IMG/VR virus record: IMGVR_UViG_3300002026_000029
Location: 1-64,000 of that record
Reading direction: 5' to 3' (one strand)
Length of the DNA: 64,000 nucleotides
DNA from: a virus
Positions within the stretch are counted from its first letter, which is position 1. Each line of letters begins with the position of its first letter. Shown here piece after piece: positions 9,405-20,900 of this stretch. The notes under the pieces are model-generated. The model was not told the DNA's origin. It worked only from the letters and a program-made list of their open reading frames with translations, and searched no databases. A program made the translations under genes and the position numbers.

Positions 9405-11417
9405 ATGGCAAGATTTACAGAAGACTTTTCATTTAATGGTGGAACTATTGGGCCTAGTATGACTGATATCATTAGTAAAGGTATTGGTGGTATATTAGAA
9501 AGACGTGCCGCACAGATTGGTGAGGATGAGAGAAGAGCTCACGTAGAAGCGTTAGCTCGCGGAGAATTGGCCTATGCACATGAAAGAGACGCTAATGGCG
9601 ATGTGTTAGCTGCTAAGGCTGTTCAATATAAAGCAGAGCAAGATGCACTTAATAGACAAGAAGACGCTAACGCTTTGGCTCTTGCAGCTAAAACAAACAA
9701 GGCTACTAACGAAGCAATACTTGCGGCTACTAACCCTGAGGAATACAAAAAAATAGTCATTGATGCACAGAAAGAGTCTGTTGATCTAGGTAGGGCATCA
9801 CTTGCTGCAGATGTTGAGAGTGCAAGTAGAGATGTAGTCGAGCTAGATAAGAATGTTGCTCTGACTCAGGCATCACTTGATGAAGCTGTTAATATTGGAG
9901 CCAATCTAAATAAGGTTGCTCTAGCTAAGGCAACACTGGCTGAAGAGGTTAAGAGTGCAGGTATAGCTGCCACCAAGCTAAAGGATGCTAATACGACACT
10001 GAATGACTTTAATACAGCAGTGAAGGATAAGAAGATCTATAACCCTAAAGTGGAATCTGTCGAGTGGTTACAAAAGGCTTTAAATGACCCACTAGCAGAC
10101 CATAATAAGGTTGCGACTATTAAGAATAATCTAGTAACACAAGAGCTTAATCAAGATGAGTATGATTTAAAGGTACAGATAGCTAATACACCTGATGCTG
10201 TGCCTAAGGATGTGTTTGTACATATTGATAGTGGTATTCCAATATTTGTAGATAGAGGCGAAAAGGTTCCTCCTGGTTTTGTCACACAAGCGGTCTTTAC
10301 TGTTAAACATAAGAACGATAATAATAATGCTTCTGGTGATAAAAGTAAGTCAATAATTAATACAGATGGTTCTATTAATAAGGCAAACCTAGTTTCTTCT
10401 AATCCAGCATATGTTAAGACTATTAAGGAGTATTCTTCTACATTTGTAAAAACAAACGAAAGTGACTTACATAATACTTCAGACCTTGTATCAAAGTTGG
10501 ATAGACTCCAAATGCTAACTGGATCGAGCAGCGAGGCTATAATGGCTCTGTTAACGCAGGTCGGTGATAATGGATGGCTATTTGGTGTTGGTACTGGGAC
10601 TATTAACCAAGCAGCCTTGAAGAAAGCACTTGAAGGACAATATTCTGTTGTGCGTCATGGTAATGAGATTGTAAAGATAGAGTCATACAAAGCCTACCAG
10701 AATTTAGATACTAAGGATAAATCTGGACAACCATTTTACAACGTTGAGGCTATTGGTGACACACGTAGGTTAGTTCAAAATCCTAATTACAAAGGTGAAA
10801 ACACTCAACCTGTGAATATGACCGAACTACAAGAAAGTATTGCTAACGAGGCTGATACTACGTATGGAAAATATTCACTGGACGCAAAGAGTATTGTTAA
10901 TATTGGTAATAAGGAAGGCCTACGTCCAGATATTTATCTGGATACTAATGGGAATCTTACTGGTGGTATTGGACATAAACTAAATAAGTATGAAGCCAAC
11001 AAGTACCCAAAAGGTACAATTATTCCAATTGCAGAAATTCAAAAGTGGTTCAAAAAAGACATATCAATTGCAACTGAAGCCGCTTTAGAACAGAGTAAAA
11101 AACTAGGTATAAATCTAGAATCACCTATAGGTGCTGCATTGATTGGGGTGAATTTTCAATTAGGTCAAAATTGGAACTCATCAAAGGCAGGAACAAGTGG
11201 GCATGTTAAGACATGGCTCGCGTTACAGAATAAAGACTATAACACTGCTGTTAAGGAGTTAAAGTCTTCTGCTTGGTATAGACAAACACCTGACCGAGTT
11301 GCTGACTTAATCCAAGCAATTAAACTACAGAAAATTTCTGATGCTAGAGATGCACAGCGCAAACTAGCCAAAAGCCAAGGCACCAATCATATTCGTGACG
11401 CCCTACTATTTATGTAA
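9405..11417 (+). CDS. Internal virion protein with C-terminal T4-lysozyme-like (GH24) muramidase
   Basis: 670 aa. Ala-rich coiled coil, then KEGLRPDIYLDTNGNLTGGIGH (E-x8-D-x5-T) and FQLG...KSSAWYRQTPDRV. Confidence 0.8.
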   Translation: MARFTEDFSFNGGTIGPSMTDIISKGIGGILERRAAQIGEDERRAHVEALARGELAYAHERDANGDVLAAKAVQYKAEQDALNRQEDANALALAAKTNKATNEAILAATNPEEYKKIVIDAQKESVDLGRASLAADVESASRDVVELDKNVALTQASLDEAVNIGANLNKVALAKATLAEEVKSAGIAATKLKDANTTLNDFNTAVKDKKIYNPKVESVEWLQKALNDPLADHNKVATIKNNLVTQELNQDEYDLKVQIANTPDAVPKDVFVHIDSGIPIFVDRGEKVPPGFVTQAVFTVKHKNDNNNASGDKSKSIINTDGSINKANLVSSNPAYVKTIKEYSSTFVKTNESDLHNTSDLVSKLDRLQMLTGSSSEAIMALLTQVGDNGWLFGVGTGTINQAALKKALEGQYSVVRHGNEIVKIESYKAYQNLDTKDKSGQPFYNVEAIGDTRRLVQNPNYKGENTQPVNMTELQESIANEADTTYGKYSLDAKSIVNIGNKEGLRPDIYLDTNGNLTGGIGHKLNKYEANKYPKGTIIPIAEIQKWFKKDISIATEAALEQSKKLGINLESPIGAALIGVNFQLGQNWNSSKAGTSGHVKTWLALQNKDYNTAVKELKSSAWYRQTPDRVADLIQAIKLQKISDARDAQRKLAKSQGTNHIRDALLFM

Positions 11418-11421
11418 ATAC

Positions 11422-11430
11422 CGCTATAAT
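11422..11430 (+). promoter_or_regulatory. -10 promoter (CGCTATAAT) upstream of the vRNAP gene trio
   Basis: Intergenic, with TAAGGA RBS downstream. Confidence 0.45.
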
Positions 11431-11456
11431 TCCATATTAACTATTAAGGATTATAG

Positions 11457-14400
11457 ATGGCTTATATACCAGCACCTAGTATTATTCCAACACTAGAAAC
11501 ACTAAAGACCTACACACCAGGTCTTGGTGTTGTCCCCACTAAACAAGACATCAAAGCTAACGCAGTAGCTGCTGCTTATGAAGAGAAGCTATCAGACCTA
11601 TCCCAATACTCAGTTGCAAAAATAGTTATTGGCGAAGATGCTGATACACTTATTATTAATAATGATGTTAAGTCTACTCGTATTAGAGGTATAGACGCTA
11701 TGGAAGTCGACCATGGTGATAAGTGGTTGAGTCAGCCTAGTAATCGTCGTCACGTTGATCAACAAAAGATTGTACTCGCAGGTATACTAGGTAAACCTGT
11801 TAGTCTAATCACAGATCAAGATGTATTTGATTACGGTAAACAACAACGGGATAATGTAGCCACTGCATTAGGTGGTACACCTACTAGCCAACTACCTATT
11901 CTGGCACTAGTAGAACAGACAATGAATGCTGATCTATCAGCTTCTGAACAGAAGAATTTGTATGGTAGAACCTTAGGCACTGTACGTCCATTGATTGGCC
12001 CTTATACTAATAATGCTGGTGTAGAGGTACTACCTAGTAATCAAGTCTGGGGTTCATCACATCAGTACTCTAAGGCGAGTCCTTACGACTATGATGTTAT
12101 GACTACTCCTGGTGAATCTAAAATACTAGCTGGTTACTCAGACCCTAATTTAACGGATACCTCTATGGCTTACAATGAAGGGCGTAAGGGTAGTATATCT
12201 AATCTAGTAGACGGACTGCAGTATGGTGTAAGTAGAACAGCTGGTGGTATAGTTGATGCCATAGTTGATGCTGGTATTAGATTAGGTAAAGAAACAGCTA
12301 AAAGTATTAAAGGCATCACAGAGGATGAAGCAAATGAAATCCTTAATAGTAAACTTAAAAATACTATGTTTGCTAATGCTATTGATGTTAGAGGAAACTT
12401 TATAGGAGCTGATATTCTTAAGAAAGCTGAGACTTATGGCTTTGATGATAGTGTAGTTAAAAACGAGATGAATAACTTGGCCGCTGCTTGGAATACTGGG
12501 ACTGTTGCTGATAAAGCAGCTGCACTTCTTAGTGTAGCATGGAATGCTGGTCCTGAATTAGTAGTGTCTAGTGCTGGAGAGTTTCTAATTGGTCCTCTTG
12601 GAAAGCTTGGTCTAGTACTTAATACAGCAAACTACTCTAATCAGATATTAGAAGATGTTAAAGGCGAAGTAACTAACGAACGACGCTTTGTAGCTATGAT
12701 TGGTGGTACTGCAATGGCATTAATAAACAAAGCTGCTGTCGATGAAGCCTTTGGTAATACACAGCTAGTAAAATCTGCATTAGGGTCAGTGTTTAAAACA
12801 GAGTCTAAGACAGCTGCTGTAGCTGCTCTGCGAGGCCTTGCACGTATTGGTGTTATGGCAGGTGGTAAAGCTACTTATGAAGGTCTAGAAGAGGTTGTAC
12901 AAGAATCTATTAGTAAATTTATATCGAAGTATGGTACTGAAGCACAACATGAACTGACAGATGGCACATTAGGTACTGAACTATTCCAAGCGTTTGGTGG
13001 AGGGTTTGGAGCAGGTGCTGCGATTAGTGTTGGTAAGGATATACTACCTGGAATGCCATCACTTAGTCGTGCACAGAAAGATAAAGAAGGAGTTGTACCA
13101 ACATTTGTTGAGACTGCAGTAGCCGCTAATCCTAATGTACCAAAGGGTGATATTGAGACTGCATATAAGGCTATGCAAGAGGGCACCATATTACATGATG
13201 GTAACGTAGCTGTCGATGAGGGTAGTCCTACTGTTACTAGAGATGCCTACGTAGCAGTGTTGAATGCAACTACTGGTGATGAGACATCAACTATAGCTAA
13301 TTCAGGCACTGTTAATCCAACAACTGGTGCTGTTGAGACAGATGCTGAGATACAGAATATTAGTAGTGCATTTGATGCTGCATATAAAGAAGTGGTAGCC
13401 AATATTACATTAGCTAAGACCGCCCTAACACCAGCTAATATAGGTAATTTTACAGAAAATATTCATGAGTATATATTTGAATTACAAGATATTAAAGATG
13501 CAATGGTTGTATATGCTGCTAAAACTGGTATACCAATTACGGAGAAGATTAAAGCTATTGACGCTAAGATAGAACGCTTAATACCTGTGGCAAAGATGAA
13601 TACAGTAGATGAGTTGTCTGGTATTTTACAGGATACTACGCTTACAGTTCCATCAAAGATAGCTACTATTCTAGGAAGTTCAAATGTAACTCCTGTTCAG
13701 GTTAGTGAAGCTATTAAGTTAGCTAGTGAGCATAATACCTCTGATGCAGCTGATAAAGTAGATGATCTTGATATGACCTTGTTGTATTTACAAAAGACTG
13801 CTATGGACGCAGGTAACACTGGTGATAGAGTTAAGCGCGAGAAGTTACTAGGAGGTGGTAGTAAAGCATCTCTTGCATCATATGTAGAATTAGTACGTAA
13901 AGGTAGTAAAGATGCCCTAAAGTATATAAATACATTTGTTGGTAGTCAACGAGCTAAACTAGAAGCGTACAATACTGCTATTGCACAATGGGAAGCTGAT
14001 AATAATATTGACTCAAGTTTATCGACTGATAAGAAGGCTGAGTTAATCAGCAAATTACCAGCGGAGGTAAAAAGTAATATATCTATAAAATATGGGACTA
14101 CTACGTATAATGAGAAACGTGATGCTAAAAATGCAATCCTAAGTGCACTTGATCTTAGAGATACCATAGCGAAAGAGCAGAATCTACTAGAGCAATTATT
14201 AAACTTATCTAATAGTAAATTTGCTTCATCACCAAAGACTGCTGAAAAGAGACAGAAGAAAACTGATGGTAAGGTTAGCCACTTTCCAGTAGCTGGTCCT
14301 GAAATTACCAGTGAGGAAATAGACTTGGCTGAGATGGAGGCTGCACAGCCTACTATTACTGAGTATACTAAGCCTAATGAGCAAGAAGCTGAATCAACTG

Positions 14401-14906
14401 ATAATGCTATGGATGGAAGTGATGAACTTGTTACTAAACAGAAAGCATCATCAGAGTCCACTACAGAGCCTGTAGCTGCTAAAGTAGTTTCAGATGATGA
14501 AGTTGTTGCAGAGAATGGTAAAGAGATTGTAGAGGCTGCAAAGCAGGCTGATTACGAGAAGTTAGCTGACGAGCATGCTATGGAAGATGTAGAGGAGACT
14601 ACTACAGAGGTTAAGCAAGATTTAGATGCAGAAGTAATTGTTAAAGAAGCTGCTGATACTACTGGTATTAAGAAGGCTGCATTCAGTAAGACTAAGAAGC
14701 CAACTACTTATGAGTATAACACTACGGCAGCTAGTATCAATATTGCCAATGAGCTTAGAAACCCTATAGGATCAGCCGATAGTGTTTCACTTGATACTAC
14801 TGAGGTTGGAAATCCATCTAAAAATGATATAATTTCAGCTACAAAGTCACTACAGACTGTGGCTCCGATTATTGCAGCTAAAATAACTAGAGCGTGTAAT
14901 ACTTAG
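11457..14906 (+). CDS. Large ejection protein, equivalent to the N-terminal part of N4-type vRNAP, with N-terminal SNase-like domain
   Basis: 1149 aa. GEDADTL...RIRGIDAMEV...LYGRTLG resembles thermonuclease motifs. EGLEEVVQE and GGGFGAG segments are typical of ejection proteins. Single Cys at position -3. Confidence 0.6.
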   Translation: MAYIPAPSIIPTLETLKTYTPGLGVVPTKQDIKANAVAAAYEEKLSDLSQYSVAKIVIGEDADTLIINNDVKSTRIRGIDAMEVDHGDKWLSQPSNRRHVDQQKIVLAGILGKPVSLITDQDVFDYGKQQRDNVATALGGTPTSQLPILALVEQTMNADLSASEQKNLYGRTLGTVRPLIGPYTNNAGVEVLPSNQVWGSSHQYSKASPYDYDVMTTPGESKILAGYSDPNLTDTSMAYNEGRKGSISNLVDGLQYGVSRTAGGIVDAIVDAGIRLGKETAKSIKGITEDEANEILNSKLKNTMFANAIDVRGNFIGADILKKAETYGFDDSVVKNEMNNLAAAWNTGTVADKAAALLSVAWNAGPELVVSSAGEFLIGPLGKLGLVLNTANYSNQILEDVKGEVTNERRFVAMIGGTAMALINKAAVDEAFGNTQLVKSALGSVFKTESKTAAVAALRGLARIGVMAGGKATYEGLEEVVQESISKFISKYGTEAQHELTDGTLGTELFQAFGGGFGAGAAISVGKDILPGMPSLSRAQKDKEGVVPTFVETAVAANPNVPKGDIETAYKAMQEGTILHDGNVAVDEGSPTVTRDAYVAVLNATTGDETSTIANSGTVNPTTGAVETDAEIQNISSAFDAAYKEVVANITLAKTALTPANIGNFTENIHEYIFELQDIKDAMVVYAAKTGIPITEKIKAIDAKIERLIPVAKMNTVDELSGILQDTTLTVPSKIATILGSSNVTPVQVSEAIKLASEHNTSDAADKVDDLDMTLLYLQKTAMDAGNTGDRVKREKLLGGGSKASLASYVELVRKGSKDALKYINTFVGSQRAKLEAYNTAIAQWEADNNIDSSLSTDKKAELISKLPAEVKSNISIKYGTTTYNEKRDAKNAILSALDLRDTIAKEQNLLEQLLNLSNSKFASSPKTAEKRQKKTDGKVSHFPVAGPEITSEEIDLAEMEAAQPTITEYTKPNEQEAESTDNAMDGSDELVTKQKASSESTTEPVAAKVVSDDEVVAENGKEIVEAAKQADYEKLADEHAMEDVEETTTEVKQDLDAEVIVKEAADTTGIKKAAFSKTKKPTTYEYNTTAASINIANELRNPIGSADSVSLDTTEVGNPSKNDIISATKSLQTVAPIIAAKITRACNT

Positions 14907-14926
14907 TGTAATATTAAAGGATTAAA

Positions 14927-17900
14927 ATGTCATGTGAACTAACAGAAACAATAAGAGATATAACTAGACTTAAGAAGGCAGAAGGTAACAGTGCTAATAA
15001 GGCTAATACACTCAAGTCACTGGAGAACTTACGTGATACACTCCTGGCCGCTAAGTATGCAGAGACTACGAAGAATGCTACTATAGATATTAAACTTCCG
15101 GTCAAGGAAGCTGTAGACAAGATGCTAGAAGAAGATGTAATCTATAATGAGCTTGTTCAGAACTATAAAGATAGTAAGGTAGCTGTTACAGAGGCCTTTA
15201 GTAAGTTCAATAGTAATAAAACTATGTCTAAAGATAGCACAGTAAAAGGTAGTAGTAAAAAAGCTGGTGATAAAAAAGATGGTACTAATACGCTAAATAA
15301 GTCTGAGAAGGCTCTTGTCACACTGAATGAATACATTACTACAGTACAGGAAAAGTTAGAGTATACAGCAACTGCAGCGGATAAAGCTTCTAGCAAAGCA
15401 GCTAGAGACTACTGGAGTGATAGTAACGATATAATAGCTGCTGAGATGAGTGAACTACAAAATACAGTTAAATCCTTAAAGGCCTTAATAAAGTATTCTA
15501 AGAGTAATATCACACGTGGAAATACATTGTTTGAGGCTGCTCAAAAAGCTATAGAAGTAAGTATAGCAGCTAAAGAAGCCATTACTGAGTATAGAAATGT
15601 GTTTACAACTGGTGGTAATATTCTTCTATGGGTTAAGAATAATAGTCGTAAGACTAAGCATGCTACGGATGTTGATGCTATTACAATTGCTGATTACTTC
15701 ACAGCTAAAAGTACATCTATAGATTTACTAAATGTAGGCAAGAGAATTAAGACGGCATTGTCAATTACTACAGGAGATAGATCTACTAAGAATCATAATA
15801 TAGCTAAGGCTAGGGATATGATTAAAGTAGTATTAGCTGGTGTTCTTAAATTTACTAAGTCAATAGATGTAGGAACATCAAAGTTACATATAGGTGACTA
15901 TATCTCAACTGATGCTAAAGTAAAGGGATTCCAAAATGTTGGTAGGCTACTGTACACACTGGTACCATATAATCCAGAAACTAAACTACCTGACCATAAT
16001 GTTGTTAATCAAGAGGTAGCTAAAGCTATAGCAATATGTTCCTTAGATTGGGCAGCTAACATAGGTGGTAGGAATAGAGCATTCAATAGATCTGATGATG
16101 ATGCAAAAAGAATGCTAAATAAAAATACTAATGATGTGCTATCAGCAGAAGAGCGTGATATTATTAATAGGTTTGATGGGTTACAGGACTCTAGTGCAAT
16201 AATACTTGGTAAGATGATATTTGATATGTTAGGTTTAAAAACAAAGCCTTCAACAGATGGTATAAATAATGAAAGAATTGAGGCTAAACTACAACTGGAG
16301 CTAGGACTAATAGCACTTAAGTCATTAGAGTATTCTGGTATATTAAAGCTCCACACCTCAAAAGATAGATTGCCTAAACAAGATATGGATGATGTTGTAA
16401 TAGAGGCATTAGCTAATAAAGAATTCGTTGAAGGGTATGCAACTCCATATGAGTCACTGTATGGTGAATCAACTACAGGTAAGAATAATTTAGTATCTAC
16501 ATTTAGCTTTACAGCACCAAATGGTGCCTCATTATACGAGAGATTTGATAAAGATGCTACTAATGGTAATCAAATAGTAACTGGTGGTACAGAGACTGCT
16601 ATAGTAGACCTTTATGATGTACTCGGTTATACACCACAGTTAACTGGACCATACTTTACAGAAGGTACAAATAAGACTAATAGAGATGATATTGTTAATC
16701 AAGGCATCAGTCGTAAAGTAGGAGAGACTCCAGAAGTACAAAAGGATGCTATTGAGAATTCGGAAGATACTCCAAGAACATTTGATGAAAACTTTCTTGA
16801 GTTAATTGATGTAATAATTGACGAGATATCTATTGATGGGTTATATAGAGAGTTAGGATGGAAGGATGTTGATACTGCGTATATTGATGATAGAACAGCT
16901 GTAAGAGGTAAGAACTTAGCCATAGAAAGATCTATGAAGTATTTGCAAGAGACTCGTAAGACTCTAAATGAGCTTGGTAAGTCTAAGATGTGGTTTAAAT
17001 GGTATGTTGTGACTAATGGACGATTTGGTATTAAGTCTAATACATTTAATGTACAAGATCAAAAGCTCCATAGAAACTCAGTAAATACTGAAATGATTGC
17101 TGTTACTAAGGGCTCTGTAGAAGAAGATTTACTAATACTTGCTATGGCACAAGGGTTTCATATTTCAGTAGATAAGCAAACATTTGTGCAGTCTAAGAAG
17201 GAGTTCGTTAAGTTATCAAAAGAGATAGATAAGATACTTGGAGCTAGTGTTGAGGACTTCACTTCAGAAGCTGTTACTAAGGCGTTCCGGTTTGTAAACT
17301 CTAAAACATCTGAGCCTGAGCATGCACTACGAGCTCTATCAGAGTATATCCAGTATAGAGCTTGGAATGAGAATGGAGCTACAGAACCGTTAATAACTGG
17401 TATTACATTAGAGACGGATGCTGTTACATCTGGGTATATTTTAAAGTTATTACAGATGCCTATTTTCAAGACAGATGGCATACTTAATATGGAGAAAGTA
17501 ATAGCTCATTTAGCTAAGGGTGGTGTTTTTAAGCATGAAGTAGATGCTGATGGTAATACGATAAATCAGTCTTATGAAGAATGGAAGATGGAGCCTACAA
17601 ATAAGGACTCATATGAGACTGTAGCCAGTGCATTTGGTAAGCAGTTGCATGAGGCAACACAATCTGAGAACCTATCGTATAGAATTGGTAAACCAAATGT
17701 TAAGTTTACAAGCTTATCTACTAAAGAGAAAGATAATCTTAATAAAATAGCTATAGAAGAGCAAATTAAAGTTGTAGCAATTATGGCTGTATTAGGCGAA
17801 ACAAAAGTAAAAGATTCAATTATACAAATATCAAGATCCTTCATGAAGAACCCTTTCATGGTATTTAACTACGGTTCAGCTATTAACTCAATAGTTAAGT

Positions 17901-20900
17901 CACTGTCAAATACTGCAGTTGAGAACCTTAATGGCCTTATGACTAAAGCGGCTAATAGAGATTACCCGTCTAAAGCATCTGATGGTGGTGAAGTTACTAC
18001 TACTGAAGCAAAGAACAAGGCTATAGCTGAGGCTGATGCAGCAATGACTATATTAGTTGATGCAATATTAGCATCAGCATTTGGACGAAATAATGATACG
18101 CGAGCTGCCTCTACTGAGCGTACAATACAGTTTGTCAAACAGTTGGATGCTGCATATAAAGAAGATCCAATGTCATTACTGGAGTTTAAGATACCAAAAG
18201 ACATTCGTAAGCTAGTATTTGAAGCGACTCAACGTACTATTAAGGAGCCATTAACAGCTACATTTAAGTCTGAGTATGGAGAGTTTCTAGAGGCTGGTAA
18301 GACAATTAACTCTGCTATGGTTATGTTGATGAGAGCAGCTACACCTAAGATAGAGGCTGCCATTGATGCACAGATTAATAATATTCATACACAGGCTATA
18401 AAAGATGGCACAGTATCACCTAAGTCAAAACCTAGACCTCTAACTAATCGTGAGATAGATGAGATAATATTAGACTTAAGGGACACACTACCAGTGCTGA
18501 ACATGCCATTAGGTGATGGTGATAAAAGTAAGATACTACTAGCTGCTGAAGATGCAGGGGAGTATAATATTAATACAGTATTGAATGTTGATACTACATC
18601 TGGTTTTACGTTTGAAGATACGCCTGCACTACGAGGAACTAGTAGGTTGTACAAGTTGGTTGAGAAATACACTAGTGGAGCCGTAATTCCAATTCACTTT
18701 ATGGATGGATCTATTCAATCACGTGTATTGAGTGTGTTTAAAGCACTAGGAGTACATGATGCTAACTTATTCACATTGAAGGATGCAGTACCAGGTACTA
18801 AGGCCTATAACAAAGCTGTTATAGAATTGGCTAAATCTTACTCTCTTACTACTGAAGTATTGAATAGTGTGACTACATCACTGAATACATTGAGTACACC
18901 TGAGTTAGAGGCTCTGGACGATAATTACTTAAATGAGTTTGTTAAGAAAAAAATTACGAGTATTGTACATGCAGTTGCTAAAACTAATGCTGTTAATAGT
19001 ACTAAGTTGCGTACTATTTTAGTAGATAGTATCCCTAAAATAATTATGACAATTAAAAATCAAGCTCCATTAATGCCAATTGTTACTGCTAATGAGGAGT
19101 TATATAGAGAGGCTGTAGCCGACGTATTACTACAAGTAGTGTATGAACTTCAAAGTGCACCTACTGTAAATGATATGTTTATAGCTGTTGTTGAGTTACA
19201 AAAAAGTAGTGAGGAAGGACGTGATGCATTATTTAATGGAGATGCACTCTATGTAGAACATGCTGCCTTAGAAGGCGCTGCTTATGTAGCAGAAAAGACA
19301 ACATATACTAAACAGATTCCCATTGACAAATCTCCTACTCTAGCTTCATACCTAGGTACTTTTAAGGGGATTGTTTCAGAATGGTATTTAGCACATAGTG
19401 CTGATGAGCTTGGACGAACTATAAGTACTGTGGTTACACCACTGAAGCCAGCTGTAAAAACTAACACTACACAGGGTAGTATAAACATATACTCAACAGA
19501 TAAGAATGGGTATGAAGGTTTAAGTAATTTAGTCGCTGGTCCAGTTGAGAGACTTGGTATAGTATATAAAACAGTTGAAGCTGCTTTCCAAGCAACTAAG
19601 GCTAAGTATCTCGGTGATGTAGCTGCTGCTGCTAGAATTATTGATGCTAGTACAGGTGCACAAGCTAAACAACTAGGTGATCCAAGCGGAATTATAAAGG
19701 TAGGTAGTAATACAAAGACGTTAAAAGATTGGGACAACGTGGCAACAAAAACAATGAAACTTATACTGAGTCATTACTATAATAATGATAATAAAGCTGC
19801 AGAATTATTGTTGTCAACAGGTAATTCTACCCTTACACATACACAAGATAAAGGTAAATGGGCTACCATATTTCCACAATTACTTATGGAGATTCGTAGT
19901 GAGTTACAAAACGATACTACCAAAAACAAACCTGTAGTAGACTACGTAGCTAAAGTAAGAGAAGTAAATAAAGGAACTACTGCTGACAAACATACAGAAA
20001 AAGAAGTGGCTAAGGCTAGTATGGCAAACAAGTACATAGGGTTTGGGAGTGCTAACAGCTCTACACATAGGTATGCAGGAGTATATGGAAATAACGCTAA
20101 TAGGACAGACTATGTAGCTAATGATATTGTATGGGTATCAAGTAATGGAAGAAGAACTGGCAGGGTTAATCCGGTTCAATCTGGTAAACTAGTTAATGGG
20201 TATCAGATTCTTGATAATGCTATAGAAGCAGGTGCAACAATTGTAATGGATACTGAAGCACATTTAGCTAATAGTAGTACATACAACATAGGTGAGACGG
20301 CTTTAGCTGATTATATGGTTACTAAAGGGTATAGTAGGGTAACAGAGAATAAGGCTGGAGTATGGAGACCTAATAAAGATGCAGAATTATTGTTGTCAAC
20401 AGGTAATGCTACAATTACACATACAAATGAGACTCCTATTCCTACAAGTAAGTACAGCGTACCTGAGAACATAACAGAGTTAAAGCCTAACGAGGTATTC
20501 GTATTTGGGTCTAACCAGCAAGGTCGCCACGGTAAGGGTGCCGCACTTACCGCTAAGCAGAAGTTTGGAGCTGAGCAAGGTAAAGGTGAGGGAGAGTTTG
20601 GTAATACGTATGCATTACCAACTAAATCTACACCAGATGTGACATTAACTATAGAGGAAGTTACTACAGGTGTAAACAAGTTTCTTGCACATGCTGCTAA
20701 GAATCTTGATAAGATGTACTTAGTTACTGCGATAGGTACTGGGTTAGCTGGTATGATGGCCGAGGATATTGCACCACTGTTTAAAGAGGCTGGTGACAAT
20801 GTTAAGCTTCCTAAGGCCTGGGAAAATATTTCAATGGCTACTCCTACTGCAGGTACTCCTAATGACATAGCACCAATCCCATTCAAATTGAAGATAGCTG

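Noticed and set aside
14904-14929. Stop-codon readthrough or recoding fusing the vRNAP pieces
   Set aside because: The next ATG is 20 nt after the TAG (out of frame) and has its own AAAGGA RBS. The second junction is a TAATG overlap with an RBS. TAG, TGA and TAA all terminate conserved genes normally.
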